NCBI GenBank assembly: GCA_013265495.1
Contig: MU058781.1
Coordinates: forward strand, 10,335,009 to 10,399,008
DNA length: 64,000 nucleotides
Reading direction: 5' to 3'
From: Vicugna vicugna
Taxonomy: Eukaryota
The notes under the pieces: model-generated
Told to the model about the DNA's origin: nothing
Database searches by the model: none
What the model saw: only the letters and a program-made list of their open reading frames with translations
In this document: piece after piece, positions 61,161 through 64,000 of the stretch
Layout of the letters: each line of letters begins with the position of its first letter
Numbering within the stretch: the stretch's first letter is position 1
Program-made: the position numbers and the translations under genes

Positions 61161-63404
61161 GATGTCAGCAACTCTGTTTCCAAATATCTTAATTGCTTCC
61201 AGACTGTTAATATTAAACAGCTTTAAAATTTTGAAATGGAACCCAGTATTCCCCTCCACTCTCCACTAACTCCTCAAGATTTAAATATTCACTAGTGACA
61301 GAATAAGACATTCACTTTGATGACACTTAGAGGCAATATCCATTTATTAACTTTATAAACTAGACCTCTTATTTACTAAGAGTATACTGTAAGGTGAGTC
61401 ACTTAATTCTGACTGAATTCAGAAGGATGACAAAAGTTATTGTTCCAGTAATGCTACTGTTTGTTTGCTTTGACCTAAAATGTTTTCATTTTGAGGGACA
61501 AAGGGGGAAGGTTAAAGCTAAATACCTCCATAGATTCTCCTATTTAAAGCACGGAAGTCACTGTTTATAAATTTCACAGGACGCAACTGAGGGAAAATAA
61601 TCTCTGTAAAGAAAATCCATTTCCAAAGCAGATGTACATTTAATGATGAGTAATGATCTGCTAAAGGGAGGCGTCATCATGGGCCTACGCCAGGTTTATC
61701 CTTACTGATGCTTGTATCACACAAGGACGGATGGCCAGGTGACCTAACCAGGACTGACTGGTTCGTGTCTTCTACGTGAGGGCCCAGAAATGTGCGCAGA
61801 GGATGACAGGGATAATGAGATAAGTAAATTGTTTGGAGATCTGAAAGCAGGATAATTTTATTAGGGCTAGAATAGCATAGTTACATAGGATATCAAAATG
61901 AAAACTATTAGCTGGCCAGGGGCAAACCAGCTAGAGAACCAGGAAATGAGAACATCAGAATTGCTGATCCCAAACCATACACAGAGGATTTAAGGGGATT
62001 TCCATGAATGAATGCTGAAAATAGTATAAAATGATGGCTAAGCTACCTACACAAATACACATAGGGATTGTTATGATCAGGTTAAAATAATAACGTTGAG
62101 GTTCTATGGGTTATACCTACCACTTCCAGGTCCTGTAGAAGTGTCACAATTACCTAGTTTTGTCTCAATCAGCAGAATGGCCTTCATGCCAATACCATAT
62201 TAAAAAGTGGCCACTGACTCCCTCTGTTCTTAGTTCTGCCCTGAGTCCTTACACTGACCCAATACTGCTTCGATTTCCTGTTCTGTTCCTAAAGCTTCTG
62301 AGCTCTAAACTTGTTACTTCGTTTCCGATTATCAGTGCATCTGTCTCCAGATTGAACCTCAGCATCATGGCTAATGCTATCCTTTGTTTTGTCCTTTACC
62401 AGAAGATGGAATTCTTCTTTGTCTCAGCTGCCATGAGTTACTCTGTAAATAACCTGAATGATCCAGCCAGGATTTGTGACCTTGCAGCTCACTACCCACC
62501 CTTCAAGACAAATGTGCACAACATTTTCAGAGAAACCACATTATGATGAGAGAACCCTCAAATCCAAGACAATTGCTGGATAGAACTTCTACCTTGAAAC
62601 CTGAGCCCTGCATTTATTATATATATGTAAGGTTATGAAAAAGACTTCTTTTACTATCCTTACTTTTCCTTTTGATAAAAGCACCGCTATTTCTGCTCTC
62701 AGAAGAGGGTCCAAAGTCCATTTAACCCTTCAAATTAATGCATCATCCATAATCATTTTGCTCCTTTTATTCAAGCTATAACCTAACATTCCCCTCCTTG
62801 TTGTATCTGGATGGGAAAGATGTTTAGTGGGTAAATAAGAATGTTTCTGTTTGATGGCTTCTTTCTAGACCATAGGAAAGGGTACTTTTTACTGTATCTC
62901 AATCTTTTCTTGGTATTGTAGTCAATCCCTGTTGGATCCCTCAGCATTATATTCTTGAAACTTTTTAGAATACCTCCCTGAGGTTAAGATGAGAGGCAAA
63001 AGTTAAGTGTGGGGAAATCAAGTCATTTCTCACTAGCAGATGCTAGTGTCAATATCATCACAATGACATTTCTGATCATTTGATATACCTTCCAGAAAAG
63101 TCACTGTTTCTTTTCAGATTCCTGCCGGCCAGTTTTTCAGGCTCTGCTTGCACTTACAACTATCATTTTTCTAGTTTATAATTAGTCCCCCACATTCACT
63201 GGTAAGTAAGTGATGGAGGAAAGAAAAGAGAATGGCCATATGCTTCAATCCTAAAACATGATCAACTGTAGACAATGAAGAGCATTACTGACTTAATATT
63301 AGTTTTATGGGGGGGTGCTTATAAGACACCTTCAAAGCAGATGTTTTCAACGTGAAAAAATATCTTAGAATGGACAAAATGTAACATCTGTAGCTTGCCT
63401 GTTC

Positions 63405-63615
63405 TGTTTTACTGGGTCAAGCACTGTGCCAGGCACATATTACATGCATTATCTCATTTGTTCTTAATAGTCCTGTGTTGTATTCAATTTTATCCATTTC
63501 TCAGGTGAGAAAGCTGAGTTTTTTATACATAATGAACTTGCTCAAGATTGCTGAGCTAGTAAGTGAAAGTTCTGTTCTTTAAACTCAACACCAAGCTCAT
63601 GTGTCTTCTCCTGGA
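63405..63615 (-). mobile_element. MIR
   Basis: TGTGCCAGGCAC..TACATGCATTATCTCATTTG..CCATTTCTCAGGTGAGAAAGCTGAG..ACTTGCTCAAGATTG..GCTAGTAAGTG. Confidence 0.8.
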
Positions 63616-63789
63616 GCTGTGATAGATGACGAATCCTACCTACTAGCCTCAAGGAACACTGGATGGGACAGGAGTTTAGATGACTTCTACAATCCAACCA
63701 TATTCTCTAGCAGCCTATAATTAATTCACTCCCAAGATTATACATTTTCATTGCCTGAAATCATCTAATCCTCAAAATTTGAATCTAAA

Positions 63790-64000
63790 GTTCCAATGAA
63801 ACCACAGCATTTTGTTTATGCCTCATGTTTTCTTAGTCTTCCTACACACTTCTGTGATCGCCCAGCTCCTTGAAACTCCTTGTGTTCTTTCCATCTATGC
63901 CCACATGTGGCTTCACTTTCATTTCTACTGTACTTGAATCTACTGACCTGTCTCCATATGTGCTCCTGTCAGCAAAGTTTGCTCCCTCATCCCTCTGTCC
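63790..64000 (+). mobile_element. L2 fragment (runs off the window end)
   Basis: Pyrimidine-rich CCTTGAAACTCC..GGCTTCACT..CTACTGACCTGTCTCC. Confidence 0.4.

Noticed and set aside
62543..62604. ATGATGA ... CTGA snoRNA-like boxes
   Set aside because: No terminal stem or recognisable guide

Overview
AT-rich, CpG-depleted, non-coding mammalian genomic DNA, either intergenic or deep intronic. Two tRNA-derived SINEs of the camelid Vic-1 type, artiodactyl-type L1 3' ends, and no recognisable Alu, Bov-A/BovB or PRE-1 copies point to a camelid (alpaca, llama or camel). I found no credible protein-coding gene. The ORF track is explained by short chance ORFs, L1/L2/LTR remnants and microsatellites. A large share of the window is interspersed repeats (L1, L2, MIR, MaLR/ERVL/ERV1 solo LTRs, hAT and Tigger MITEs), several of them nested. 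The unique stretches between them contain enhancer-like motif clusters, one good CTCF motif and a few possible non-coding exons. I see no evidence for a novel biological system. The most notable observations are a 5'-inverted L1 insertion, a stepwise-mutating CpG-rich pentamer microsatellite, a duplicated MEF2-site cassette and a CpG-retaining patch with HIF-type cores. Repeat subfamily names come from my recollection of consensus sequences, and boundaries are approximate unless termini or TSDs are quoted. Both need RepeatMasker/Dfam confirmation.
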